A stretch of 64,000 bases of DNA from Christensenellales bacterium (GCA_050952845.1 JBMNLP010000001.1:3143640-3207639), one strand, 5' to 3'; counted from the first letter of the stretch, positions 16,974 to 26,811 are shown. Notes: a model not told the origin generated them from the letters alone. Numbers and translations: made by a program.

Positions 16974-17939
16974 ATGAGAGGAGGATCTAGGTTGAATAAA
17001 ACGCTGCATCAAGCGCAACAACAAACCCGCTTAAAGAAACGTTGGATGCAAGACATTAAACCAGAATGGCAGCTTTATGTCATATTATTTTTTCCGCTTC
17101 TATGGTTGATTGTATTTAGTTATGTACCGATGTACGGTATATTAATTTCATTTACCAAATATAACATCGCCAACGGTTTGTTGGACAGTAAGTGGATTGG
17201 CTTGGAGAATTTTTATCGCTTTTTTTCTACGCCTTCTGCAATGAGTACAGTTACAAATACAGTTAGAGTCAGTTTGTATGCTTTGATCGCTGGTATTCCC
17301 TGCCCAATCATTTTGGCTATTCTATTAAATGAGTGTCGGTTGCTATGGTTCAAAAAAAGTGTTCAGATGGTTACTTACGCTCCTTACTTCATCTCCACAG
17401 TTGTTTTGGTTGCTATGATGTTTCAGATGTTCGATCAGCACAATGGTATCGTGAATCAGTTCATAAAGTTGTTTGGCTTCAAATCTATCAACTTCATGAG
17501 CAAGAGGAACATGTTCCGCCACATGTACGTCTGGTCTGGTGTATGGCAAGGCACAGGTTTTAATGCCATTATTTATATTTCTGCCCTTAACAGTGTGGAC
17601 CCTTCACTACATGAAGCTGCCATGATTGACGGTGCTACTCGTTTGCAGCGCATTCGTTACATCGATATGCCCGGCATCATCCCTACAGCCGTTATCCTGT
17701 TCATTTTAAGCTGTGGTTCTATTATGAATGTTGGTTTTGAAAAAGTGTTTTTGATGCAAAATTCTGCCAACCTGCGTGTGTCTGAAGTACTGTCTACCTA
17801 CATTTATAAAATGGGCTTGATCAATTTGGATTATGGCTATTCATCTGCGGTTAACTTGTTTAATTCCTGCATCAATTTGATCTTGGTTGTATTTGTTAAT
17901 AGCATTGCTCGCAAAGCAGGCGATACCAGTTTATGGTAA
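16974..17939 (+). CDS. carbohydrate ABC transporter permease (LplB type)
   Basis: Has FSYVPMYGILISF and the EAA-loop EAAMIDGATRLQRIRYIDMP. The start is uncertain: ATG 16974, or in-frame TTG 16992 after an aggagga SD. Confidence 0.85.
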   Translation: MRGGSRLNKTLHQAQQQTRLKKRWMQDIKPEWQLYVILFFPLLWLIVFSYVPMYGILISFTKYNIANGLLDSKWIGLENFYRFFSTPSAMSTVTNTVRVSLYALIAGIPCPIILAILLNECRLLWFKKSVQMVTYAPYFISTVVLVAMMFQMFDQHNGIVNQFIKLFGFKSINFMSKRNMFRHMYVWSGVWQGTGFNAIIYISALNSVDPSLHEAAMIDGATRLQRIRYIDMPGIIPTAVILFILSCGSIMNVGFEKVFLMQNSANLRVSEVLSTYIYKMGLINLDYGYSSAVNLFNSCINLILVVFVNSIARKAGDTSLW

Positions 17940-17951
17940 GGAAGTTAGAAA

Positions 17952-18857
17952 ATGAACAAGAAGAAAAATGACAGAATGTTTCTAAACTGGGATGATCGAA
18001 TGTTTAATCTTATTACCTATCTGCTATTGATAGTCATCAGCGTCATCATGCTTTATCCGCTGATTTATGTGTTTAGTGCATCTTTTTCCTCTACAAATGC
18101 TGTTGTATCTGGCCGTGTTTGGCTTTGGCCGGTGGAACCTACCGTCATTGCTTACAAACAAGTACTAAAGAACAACCAAATTATCACCGGTTATATCAAC
18201 AGCATCATCTACTCATTAGGGGGCACAGTGGTAAGTGTAGCGCTTTCGTTAGCGGGCGGCTATGCTCTTTCCAGTAAAAAATTGGTAGGCAGCAACCTGT
18301 TTAATCGGCTGTTCATTTTCGCCACCTTGTTTTCCGGTGGTATGATTCCATTCTATCTGGTTGTTCGCGGTTTTGGCATGATCAACACTCGTTGGTCCCT
18401 GATCATTCCTAACGCACTGAATGTATTCCATATTATGCTAATGCGTACACATGTCCGCACTGCTGTTCCGGAGGAAATGCTGGAAGCGGCAGTCATTGAT
18501 GGCTGTGGTCATTTTCGCAAGCTGTTCATGATGGTGGTTCCGCTGTCTGGTTCCATACTGGCAGTGCTTAGCTTATATTGTATTGTTGGCCAATGGAATT
18601 CCTATTTTAATGCTCTGATGTTTCTAAGCAATTATGATTATTATCCGTTGCAGATTGTTCTACGAGAGATCCTGATTATGAACACGTTGAATATTGAATC
18701 AATCACAGATATTTCCATGTTAGAACTCAAGCAAGGCTTGGCGGACATCATGAAGTATGCGTTGATTGTTATTGCAAGTGCGCCGTTGATCATCGCCTAT
18801 CCCTTTGTTCAGAAGTTTTTTGTTAAGGGTGTAACTCTCGGTAGCATGAAAGGCTGA
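17952..18857 (+). CDS. carbohydrate ABC transporter permease (LplC type)
   Basis: 301 aa, with EAA-loop EAAVIDGCGHFRKLFMMVVPL and the C-terminal GVTLGSMKG typical of this permease type. Confidence 0.85.
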   Translation: MNKKKNDRMFLNWDDRMFNLITYLLLIVISVIMLYPLIYVFSASFSSTNAVVSGRVWLWPVEPTVIAYKQVLKNNQIITGYINSIIYSLGGTVVSVALSLAGGYALSSKKLVGSNLFNRLFIFATLFSGGMIPFYLVVRGFGMINTRWSLIIPNALNVFHIMLMRTHVRTAVPEEMLEAAVIDGCGHFRKLFMMVVPLSGSILAVLSLYCIVGQWNSYFNALMFLSNYDYYPLQIVLREILIMNTLNIESITDISMLELKQGLADIMKYALIVIASAPLIIAYPFVQKFFVKGVTLGSMKG

Positions 18858-18907
18858 TGTTGTTTGAAATCAATGCAGCAAATGTATTGAAATAAAGGAG
18901 GTTTACC

Positions 18908-20524
18908 ATGAACAAGAGAATCCTGTCCCTATTCCTATCGCTCGTGACTGTCCTGACGATGACAATTACGGTAGTGGCTGAAGAAGCTGCAGTACGCGAA
19001 CTGAATATCGTCGCCGTTAAGCCAGCGACTGTTGAGGACTATGAGACCAACGACTTCACCCTATGGCTTGAGGAAAAAAGCGGTATCCATATCAATTTCG
19101 TCCAGTTGCCTTCAGATGGCATTACCGAGAAAGTTGCCATGATGATTGCCGGTAATGATCTACCAGATGCTTTCATGGGATGCAGTTTCACAACGGATTC
19201 CCTGTTGCAGTATGGTCAGTCTGGTATCTTATTGCCTCTGGATGACTTGCTGGAAGAACACGCACCTAATTTTCTGAAAGCCATGGAGTACTTTGAACAT
19301 GGGTTGGATCTGATCCGTCAGGCTGATGGCAATATTTATAGTCTTCCCAGTATCAACCCCTGTTATCATTGTACCTATGCTAACAAGATGTGGATAAACA
19401 CTGTATGGCTTGATAATCTGGGTCTTGCAACTCCTACTACTATCGATGAGTTCACCGAGGTTCTACGTGCTTTCCGTGACAACGATGCTAATGGCAATGG
19501 TGATCCTTCCGACGAGATTCCGCTTGCTGGTTCTTCTGATGGTTGGTATACTCAAAGCTACACCTACCTGATCAATAGTTTCCTATATTTTGATAACAGA
19601 AAGAACGGCTTCATGCTGGATGATAACAAAGAAGTCTACAATGCCCTGAACAAAGAAGAGTTCCGCAACGCACTAAGCTATCTGAATATGCTGTATGAGG
19701 AGGGGCTGCTTTACGAAGGGTCCTTGACACAAACTAATGATCAACTAAAGAAGTTGGTGGAGAATCCTAACGGGAATCTGGTTGGTGCCACAACTGCTGG
19801 CTATGGTGGGCAGATTGCTTCTGAGATAGGCAATGAGCGTTATCGTGAGTATTTTGCTATTGAGCCGCTGAAAGGACCTGAGGGTGTCAAATATGCCATG
19901 AGTGCCTTGCAACTGCCTTCTGTTGGACAATTTGTTATCACCTCTGCTTGCGAGGAGCCCACTTTGGCTTTGGAGTATGCTGACTATTTCTATACCTCCG
20001 AGGTTACCGCAAGTTTGTTTAACGGCATCGAGGGAGTTGGCTGGCGTTGGGCTAAGGAAGGAGAAATCGGCTTCAATGGCGAACCAGCTCAGTGGGCTGC
20101 TGTTGCGTACTATAGTGGTGATACAGGCGATACGCAAAACTACTGCTGGACCCAGACTGGTATTTACAATTTCTCCGCAGAGTGGCGCGGCAGTCAGGCT
20201 GTTGAAGAAGGCATTGATCTGCTCTCTGGTGAGGGCATGGAGTACATGTTACACAAGGTTACTCAGGAAATGTACGAACCATATTCAGGGTTGCAGTATA
20301 ATATTCCTACTCTAAACTACGACGAGAGTACTGTCAGACGTATCACTGATCTTGAGTATGAGTTTAAGAACTACTATGATACTATGATTTACAGTTTCAT
20401 CACTGGCGAGTTGGATATAGATGATGATGGTGATTGGAACGAGCATCTGGATAACCTTGAATATTACAGTGTAGATGAAATGATTGAGATCTATCAGACT
20501 GCATACGATGCAATGTACAAATAA
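18908..20524 (+). CDS. extracellular solute-binding protein, large LplA type
   Basis: 538 aa. It has an N-terminal hydrophobic signal/anchor (no Cys lipobox) and an aaggagg SD. It follows two partner permeases. Confidence 0.85.
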   Translation: MNKRILSLFLSLVTVLTMTITVVAEEAAVRELNIVAVKPATVEDYETNDFTLWLEEKSGIHINFVQLPSDGITEKVAMMIAGNDLPDAFMGCSFTTDSLLQYGQSGILLPLDDLLEEHAPNFLKAMEYFEHGLDLIRQADGNIYSLPSINPCYHCTYANKMWINTVWLDNLGLATPTTIDEFTEVLRAFRDNDANGNGDPSDEIPLAGSSDGWYTQSYTYLINSFLYFDNRKNGFMLDDNKEVYNALNKEEFRNALSYLNMLYEEGLLYEGSLTQTNDQLKKLVENPNGNLVGATTAGYGGQIASEIGNERYREYFAIEPLKGPEGVKYAMSALQLPSVGQFVITSACEEPTLALEYADYFYTSEVTASLFNGIEGVGWRWAKEGEIGFNGEPAQWAAVAYYSGDTGDTQNYCWTQTGIYNFSAEWRGSQAVEEGIDLLSGEGMEYMLHKVTQEMYEPYSGLQYNIPTLNYDESTVRRITDLEYEFKNYYDTMIYSFITGELDIDDDGDWNEHLDNLEYYSVDEMIEIYQTAYDAMYK

Positions 20525-20538
20525 TCCGTTTTTTGGAG

Positions 20539-20575
20539 GAAGCCTTCTGCTATCGTAGCAGAAGGCTTCTTTTCC
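20539..20575 (+). terminator. rho-independent terminator after the binding-protein gene
   Basis: gaagccttctgc-tatcgta-gcagaaggcttc forms a perfect 12-bp stem and is followed by ttttcc. Confidence 0.8.
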
Positions 20576-20605
20576 AGTAAATTTTCTTAAGTAGAAAGGA
20601 TTAGC

Positions 20606-21613
20606 ATGATGAGAAAATGGTTTAAAGGTAGAAACGGTATGATGGTTCATTGGGGGTTATATTCCCTGTTAGCTGGTGAGCATCGTGGTTGTAGAAGCGA
20701 CAGCTACGCGGAATGGATTCAGTCTTATCTGCGTATTCCCAATGCAGAGTATAGCCAGCTATCCGCTGTATTTAATCCGATTTATTTTAATGCTGAGGAA
20801 TGGGTGTGTTTTGCTAAGGAATGTGGCATGGAATACCTTGTTATTACCAGCAAGCACCATGAGGGCTTTGCGCTATTCAAATCCCAAGCAAGTAAGTTTA
20901 ACATGGTAGACGCCACCCCTTATGGTCGTGATGTGATTGCAGCATTGGCTGAGGCATGCTACAAGCACAGTTTGAAATTTGGTTTATACTATTCGCAGGA
21001 TTTGGATTGGCACGAAGAGCATGGCGGTGGCTACCTTTCAAACCATATGGGCTGCTCTGGCACCGCGTGGGATAACAATTGGGACTTTCCTGACGAAGAT
21101 GCAAAGAACTACGACATCTGCTTCCATGAAAAGATTCGACCACAGGTAGAAGAAATTCTCAAGAATTATGGTGAGCTATGTCTGATATGGTTTGATGTTC
21201 CTATGACGTTGAAACCAGAACACTCAAAAGCTCTTTTCGATATGATCAAGCATTATCAACCCAATTGTCTAATCAACTCACGTCTTGGTAACGGTGCATA
21301 TGATTATGTGTCTCTTGGTGACAACGAAATCCCAGAGAAGATACCAGAAAACACCTGTGGTACAATCGATATGAATGCTATCGGCGGTTTTAAGCCCTCA
21401 CCATATGGTCTTTACGAAACGGCAGCTACCCTCAACAATTCCTGGGGCTACTGCGCATGGGATCATCATTGGAAGTCTCCAAAGTGTGTCGCTGAAATCC
21501 GTAGACACCTGAACAGCCTTGGTATCAATTATCTGCTAAACGTTGGTCCTGATGCCTTGGGACGTATTCCAATCGCCTCTCAGGAAATTCTACGAGAAGC
21601 CGCAACGCTCTGA
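20606..21613 (+). CDS. alpha-L-fucosidase, GH29 catalytic domain (short form)
   Basis: VHWGLYS, ITSKHHEGFALF and LYYS..DW are GH29-type motifs. At 335 aa it carries only the catalytic domain and lacks the usual C-terminal beta-domain. Confidence 0.75.
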   Translation: MMRKWFKGRNGMMVHWGLYSLLAGEHRGCRSDSYAEWIQSYLRIPNAEYSQLSAVFNPIYFNAEEWVCFAKECGMEYLVITSKHHEGFALFKSQASKFNMVDATPYGRDVIAALAEACYKHSLKFGLYYSQDLDWHEEHGGGYLSNHMGCSGTAWDNNWDFPDEDAKNYDICFHEKIRPQVEEILKNYGELCLIWFDVPMTLKPEHSKALFDMIKHYQPNCLINSRLGNGAYDYVSLGDNEIPEKIPENTCGTIDMNAIGGFKPSPYGLYETAATLNNSWGYCAWDHHWKSPKCVAEIRRHLNSLGINYLLNVGPDALGRIPIASQEILREAATL

Positions 21614-21762
21614 AACTTCGATAAAAAGGCTATTACTTCTTCCTTGCTCATATAACGGTGTTCACTTTCCACCTATGAGATTTACTTGGTTTCTCTGCAG
21701 ATTGCAGACTCATTGTATCTGATTCATTTTTAGTGTGGGAGCATTTTCGTTTTGGCTAATGG

Positions 21763-22733
21763 TTAGAGAAAATTACAGCAAACCTGTATGCCAAAAAAGC
21801 GAATAGCGGCAGCCAGCAGGATCAGCACCACCGCAGCGAAGCCGGCTTGTACAGCAAAGCGGATGTCCACAGCCGCACCGACCAATACAAACAGCAGCAA
21901 TTCTGCCGCGACCCACAGCTTGCTGAACTTGGATGACAGGCGTCTGGAAACCAGCAGTTTTTTGTTGTGCAGCACTGTGCCAGCTGCCATTACCGCCAAC
22001 AAGCCGGAAAACCCTATGGCGCCTTGGAGCGTTTGCTCCAGTTCTACCAGCATGAAAGACAGGGACAGGATGATGACGACCTTGCCTGTATCGCGAATAT
22101 GGACTTTTGTAAAGAAGACGGACAACACCCACCCAATCGCAATGCCGCCCGCTAAGCCCAGCAGGATAGCGCTGGGAAGTGCCAACAACTGTGCTGGTGC
22201 ATAGGCTTCGCCGGATGCCACCCGGACCAATACTGAAAAAAGAACGATTACAAACACATCGTCAACAGAAGCGCCGGCCTGATCATCTGCGGAATCCGCT
22301 TTTGCGTGCCATATCCCTTTTCCATCAGCTTTAGCATCCGGGGAACGACCACAGCGGGGGAGACCGCCGCTATGACGCTGCCCATGATGGCTGCGTCAAG
22401 CAGTGATACACCAAGAAGCAGCGGTGCAAACAACAGGGTTGCTGCTACCTCGAAACAGGCAGGAACGAAGCACAGCAGAAAAGCCGGACGCCCGGCAGCC
22501 TTCAGATCGCTGATGTCCATGTTCAACCCAGCTCGTGCCAAAATGATGATCAAAGCAAGCTGGCGCAGATCCTGGGAAATGGACAATATTTTGTCATCCA
22601 GAAGATTCAAAGCATAGGGACCAAGCAGGAATCCTGTTGTCAGCATCCCCAGCAGGCTGGGCATGCGCAGTTTCTTGAAAACCCAAGCGAACGCCATACC
22701 ACATAGAAACACAAGAGAAAGCGACAGCAACAT
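21763..22733 (-). pseudogene. cation:proton antiporter (Na+/H+ exchanger family), frameshifted and 3'-truncated
   Basis: Two ORFs (22248..22733 from MLLSLSLVF, and 21763..22257) are consecutive parts of one antiporter. The frames join near 22277-22284 (IPQMI / AGASVDDVFVIVLF). The reading frame ends exactly where the high-GC sequence meets AT-rich island 1. Confidence 0.75.
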
Positions 22734-23048
22734 GATGGGTTCCCCCTTTACCGGCAGGAAACAAAAAACTGATGAACCTGCACGTTTATTGCAGAAGTCA
22801 TCAGCAAGAAGCGGTTCTGGCAAAGCCAAGGGAGAACTTCATTCCCACATAAACACAATAGCACATTGATGTGCTGTTTTCTATGGCAATAACAACAAAT
22901 GATGTTTGTATCGGGTAGTTCTACATTGATAAAACCAATCGAATCAGAGCAATTGCTAAATAATCTTCTTGCGTTTCCTTGAACGAAGCTTTACTGATAA
23001 GGCGCGCAGCCAATGGGTTTGGGATGTAGCGTCCGTCAACACCTGTGG

Positions 23049-23471
23049 TTATACGGAGGTTGCCTTGCCCGCCAGGTCCGCTGCCAGGCGCACGGCTTCC
23101 TGCACGGCGGTTTCCATGGGCTGGGGGCGGACGCCGGCGATGTGCAGCCGGCAGCGGTCGGTGGGCACCAGCACTTTCTCGGCAGGGCTTGCCCCCACCG
23201 CCGCCGCCATGGCCGGCGTAACCTCGCCCAGCATGGCGTTGGCTACTAAGATGCCCGCGGCGCCTAAAATGAGGTCGGCATCGCGGCAGTTATGGATCAC
23301 GGCGTTTTCTCCTGTCGCGCCCAGGTGGGCGCCGGCGCGCAGCATGGCGGAGGTCGCCAGCGCGTTGGTGCCCACGGCCATGATGGTTTGATCAGGCAGC
23401 GCCTTGAGCAGCTGCGCCACCAGCGCCCGGCCCAGGCCGCCGCCCTGGCCGTCGATGACCAGTATCTTCAT
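23049..23471 (-). CDS. DUF3842-family protein
   Basis: 140 aa, beginning MKILVIDGQGGGLGRALV..., as I remember DUF3842 members. Its ATG overlaps the upstream oxidoreductase stop (23468-23471). The opposite-strand ORF 22969..23391 was rejected. Confidence 0.7.
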   Translation of the reverse strand: MKILVIDGQGGGLGRALVAQLLKALPDQTIMAVGTNALATSAMLRAGAHLGATGENAVIHNCRDADLILGAAGILVANAMLGEVTPAMAAAVGASPAEKVLVPTDRCRLHIAGVRPQPMETAVQEAVRLAADLAGKATSV

Positions 23472-24601
23472 GCCTGGCTCCTGATCTTCCGGCCGTCGCA
23501 GTCGGCGCCGGCTTCAGGCTGCAGCGGAAAGCGCACGGGGCGCCTGTCCCTGTTGGAGCGGTAGATCGCCGTGAACAGCTCCACCGTGCGCCGCCCGTCC
23601 TGCAGGGTGATCAGCGGGCTGCGCTTTTCCTTGATGGCAGCCAGAAAGTCGTTGATCTGCTCCAGGTGGAAGTGGGTCATGGGGTCGATGCTGTTAAAAA
23701 AATCACTGTCCTGTTTCTGATACTCTTCCAGCAGATGGGCTTCCCCCGGCACGGTCCACAGGTCGTTGACGGGCGGCTCGGAAATGGTGGATACGCCGGC
23801 AATGAACATCGCGCCGCCGTCAGTTTGCACACCGACGGAAGCGCCGTTGGAGCCGTGCACCCGCACATTGCCAAACAGCGCCGGGTTCTGCGAGTTGCTG
23901 ACCAGGATATTGCCCATGGCGCCGGATTTGAAGCGGATCACGGCTGCTGCGGTGTCGTCCACCTCCAGGCTGGGGTGGTTCAGCGTGTCCCAATAGCCGA
24001 ACAGCTCGTCGATTGCGCCCATGTACCACAGCAGCAGGTCCAGCTGGTGCGGCGCCTGGTTGACCAGTACGCCGCCGCCCTCGCCGTCCCAGGTGCCGCG
24101 CCAGGGATCAGAGGCGTAGTAAGCCATATCCCGCCAGCCCAGCATGTTCACGGTGCCGATGATGGGGCGGCCCAATTTGCCGTCCATGATGGCCTGTTTG
24201 ACCCGCATGGCGGGCCTGTAAAACCTGCGCTGGCAGATGGTGGTGCCTGTGACGCCGGCTTTCTCCGCCGCTGCGATCATGGCGTCGCAATCCGCCAGGT
24301 TAGACGCCAGGGACTTTTCCACCGCGATGTGCACGCCCATGTTGGCCAGCGGCACGGCGGTTTCGGCATGGTTGGGGTGGGGCGTGCAGATGGACACAGC
24401 CTCCACACCCGATTCTTTCACCATGTTTTCCAGGTTGTCATAGGCTTTGATACCGTATTCGGCGGCAAACGCCTCGGCGCGGGGCAGCGTGCGGTTCCAG
24501 CAGGCCACCAGCTCGGCATGCGGACTCAGCCGATATGCCTGCGCGTGGAAGTGGGCTACCTTGCCCACGCCCACGACTGCTGTTCGGATTTTTCTTATCA
24601 T
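23468..24601 (-). CDS. Gfo/Idh/MocA-family oxidoreductase
   Basis: 377 aa, with an N-terminal Rossmann motif (IRTAVVGVGKVAHFH) and an EK-type motif (AVEKSLA). Confidence 0.85.
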   Translation of the reverse strand: MIRKIRTAVVGVGKVAHFHAQAYRLSPHAELVACWNRTLPRAEAFAAEYGIKAYDNLENMVKESGVEAVSICTPHPNHAETAVPLANMGVHIAVEKSLASNLADCDAMIAAAEKAGVTGTTICQRRFYRPAMRVKQAIMDGKLGRPIIGTVNMLGWRDMAYYASDPWRGTWDGEGGGVLVNQAPHQLDLLLWYMGAIDELFGYWDTLNHPSLEVDDTAAAVIRFKSGAMGNILVSNSQNPALFGNVRVHGSNGASVGVQTDGGAMFIAGVSTISEPPVNDLWTVPGEAHLLEEYQKQDSDFFNSIDPMTHFHLEQINDFLAAIKEKRSPLITLQDGRRTVELFTAIYRSNRDRRPVRFPLQPEAGADCDGRKIRSQA

Positions 24602-24610
24602 GTTATCTCC

Positions 24611-25645
24611 TCAGGGGATCAGCACGATTTTGTTCAAGCCTTCCTCACGGTTGTACACGCGCAGAATCCATTCAGCCCCCTCGTTCAGGGGCACGCATTT
24701 TGAAATCATGTTGTCGGTGTCCACCTGGCCTGTGGCGATCAGCTCCAGGCACTTGCCGTATTCTCCGGCTGAGGCGCAGCTGCCAAAAAGCGACAGCTGC
24801 CGGGTGACGGCCCATTGCAGCGGGAAGTCCACCTTGGGTGCCAGGTTGCCCACCAGCACGATGCGCCCGTTCAGGCCGGTAGCCTGCATGCACAGGTTGA
24901 CGGTGTCGGATATGCCGACGGCATCAAAGGCAATGTCCACGCCCCGGCCGCTGGGCGTTAGGGCGCGGATGGCCTCCAGGGCGGCAGGGTCCTTTGTGTT
25001 GACGGTGTGGGCGGCGCCTGCCGCGCGGCTGGCTGCCAGCTTTTTGTCGTCGATATCGGCTGCGATGATCAGCCCCACGCCCATGGCGCGCACCACCTCT
25101 ACTGTCAGCATGCCGATGGTGCCCACGCCGACCACCAGCACGGTATCGCCTTGGGCAACAGGCGTCCGGGTGGCGGCGTGGTAGGCGATGGCCAGCGGCT
25201 CCACCATGGCAGCCTGGGTGAAGGACACGTTGTCGGGCAGGCGGTACAGGATGCGCTCGGGCACAAGGACATACTCGGCAAACGCGCCGTCCTGGCGATA
25301 GTCGTCGCAGGAAACCCCCAGCACGCGCCGGTCGGCGCAGAGGTTCACATGCCCCTGGCGGCACATATCGCACTGGCCGCAATATATGGTGGAATCGAAT
25401 GTTACCCGATCACCCGGTTTATAAGCCTTGACGCCCTCGCCCACAGCTTCGATAACGCCGGCGGCTTCATGCCCCATGATGACGGGCGGCTGCCGGCGGC
25501 CCGTGGAACCGTCGATGCCGTGCACGTCGCTGCCGCAGACTGCGCAGGCTTTTACGCGCACCAACACCTCGCCTGCTCCGGGCACGGGGGTCGGCACATC
25601 CTTGTACACCAGCTGTTTGTACGCTTCTAACACAAGCGCTTTCAT
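24611..25645 (-). CDS. zinc-dependent MDR alcohol/polyol dehydrogenase (sorbitol/threonine dehydrogenase-like)
   Basis: CAVCGSDVH and GHEAAGVI zinc motifs, and a VVGVGTIG Rossmann motif. Confidence 0.85.
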   Translation of the reverse strand: MKALVLEAYKQLVYKDVPTPVPGAGEVLVRVKACAVCGSDVHGIDGSTGRRQPPVIMGHEAAGVIEAVGEGVKAYKPGDRVTFDSTIYCGQCDMCRQGHVNLCADRRVLGVSCDDYRQDGAFAEYVLVPERILYRLPDNVSFTQAAMVEPLAIAYHAATRTPVAQGDTVLVVGVGTIGMLTVEVVRAMGVGLIIAADIDDKKLAASRAAGAAHTVNTKDPAALEAIRALTPSGRGVDIAFDAVGISDTVNLCMQATGLNGRIVLVGNLAPKVDFPLQWAVTRQLSLFGSCASAGEYGKCLELIATGQVDTDNMISKCVPLNEGAEWILRVYNREEGLNKIVLIP

Positions 25646-25658
25646 AACGGTCTCCTGT

Positions 25659-26621
25659 TTATAACATTTTAGCCATGAAGCTGAAAATCAGGTCATTGGA
25701 TTCGGGCAGGTGCTCGTGGCCAAAGTCCGGCCACAGCTCGTACCGCTTGGGGGCGGTGATTTTGTTGTAGGCGGCAAACTGAGTGGACGGCGGGGTGATG
25801 GTGTCCATCAAGCCGCAGCACAGCAGCGTCTCCGCCTTGATGCGCGGCGCCAGATACTGCAGGTCGATATAGCCCAGCTTGGTAAACACTTCGTTCACCC
25901 GTTTGTGGCGTGGGTCAAAGTTGCGGAAATATTCGCGCAGTTCACGATAGGCGGCGACGTCCAGATCCATGTCCCACACGCGCTTATAGTCGCACATGAA
26001 GGGAAAAACAGGCGCAATTTTGGCGACCCCGGGCTCCAGTGCGCCGCAGGCTAACGTCAGCGCGCCGCCCTGGCTGCCGCCGGTGGCGCCCACGCGGGTT
26101 TCATCCACGTTATCCATGGACATCACGATGCGGGCCAGCTGCGCGGTGTCTAAAAACAGCGCGGCGGTGAGCATTTTGGCGGGGTCCGGGTCGTCCAGGC
26201 CGCGGATGATCTGCCCGTGCAGGGTGTTGCCCTGCACGCCGCCCTTGTCTTCCGATTTGCCGCCCTGGCCGCGGCAGTCCAGCGCCGCCACCACAAAACC
26301 GGCTTGAGCGTAATGCAGGTGGCCGGTCCAGTCACCGGAGTCGCCAGAATAGCCGTGGAAGCGCAGCAGCGCCGGGTGTTTTCCGCCCTTTTCAGGCGCC
26401 AGCAGCTTCGCGTACACCCGTGCGCCGAATACGCCTTCAAACCATAAATCATAGCACACCACGCCCGGTGCCTGGAAGGCGGCGCGCTCCAACTGATGCG
26501 CGGTGCCCAGGGCGTGCATCCGGGCGACCATATCGTCCCAGTAGGCGTCAAAATCGTGTGGACGGGGGTTCACGCCCTGGTAGGTCAGCAGTTCGCTCAA
26601 TGGCATTTCAAATATCGGCAT
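25659..26621 (-). CDS. CE7 acetyl esterase (acetylxylan esterase / cephalosporin-C deacetylase family)
   Basis: 320 aa, with RGQGG, the GGSQGG nucleophile motif and C-terminal HE, as in the AXE1/CE7 family. Confidence 0.85.
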   Translation of the reverse strand: MPIFEMPLSELLTYQGVNPRPHDFDAYWDDMVARMHALGTAHQLERAAFQAPGVVCYDLWFEGVFGARVYAKLLAPEKGGKHPALLRFHGYSGDSGDWTGHLHYAQAGFVVAALDCRGQGGKSEDKGGVQGNTLHGQIIRGLDDPDPAKMLTAALFLDTAQLARIVMSMDNVDETRVGATGGSQGGALTLACGALEPGVAKIAPVFPFMCDYKRVWDMDLDVAAYRELREYFRNFDPRHKRVNEVFTKLGYIDLQYLAPRIKAETLLCCGLMDTITPPSTQFAAYNKITAPKRYELWPDFGHEHLPESNDLIFSFMAKML

Positions 26622-26811
26622 AGGGCTCTCCTTTACCGCGGCATGCGCCGCGTTATTTTTTGTCGGGATATCAGCTCCGGACGGGCTGGTGAGGACACCT
26701 CATCACGCGCATATTCTCTGCCCTGCATGCCCATGCCCTGTCCTCCTGCCTGTCGAGTTTTTATCCAACTGCTGCTATAATACTACAAAACGACCGAAAT
26801 GGGGAGTGCCT

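Noticed and set aside
20312-20650. A minus-strand 112-aa ORF bridging the binding-protein 3' end, the terminator and the GH29 start.
   Set aside because: It crosses a strong terminator hairpin and overlaps two well-supported plus-strand genes. It has no SD and resembles no family.
22969-23391. Plus-strand 140-aa ORF exactly opposite the DUF3842 gene.
   Set aside because: The minus-strand product has the recognisable MKILVIDGQGGGLG start and is translationally coupled to the upstream oxidoreductase. The plus-strand product is Ala/Ser/Arg-rich, with no SD.
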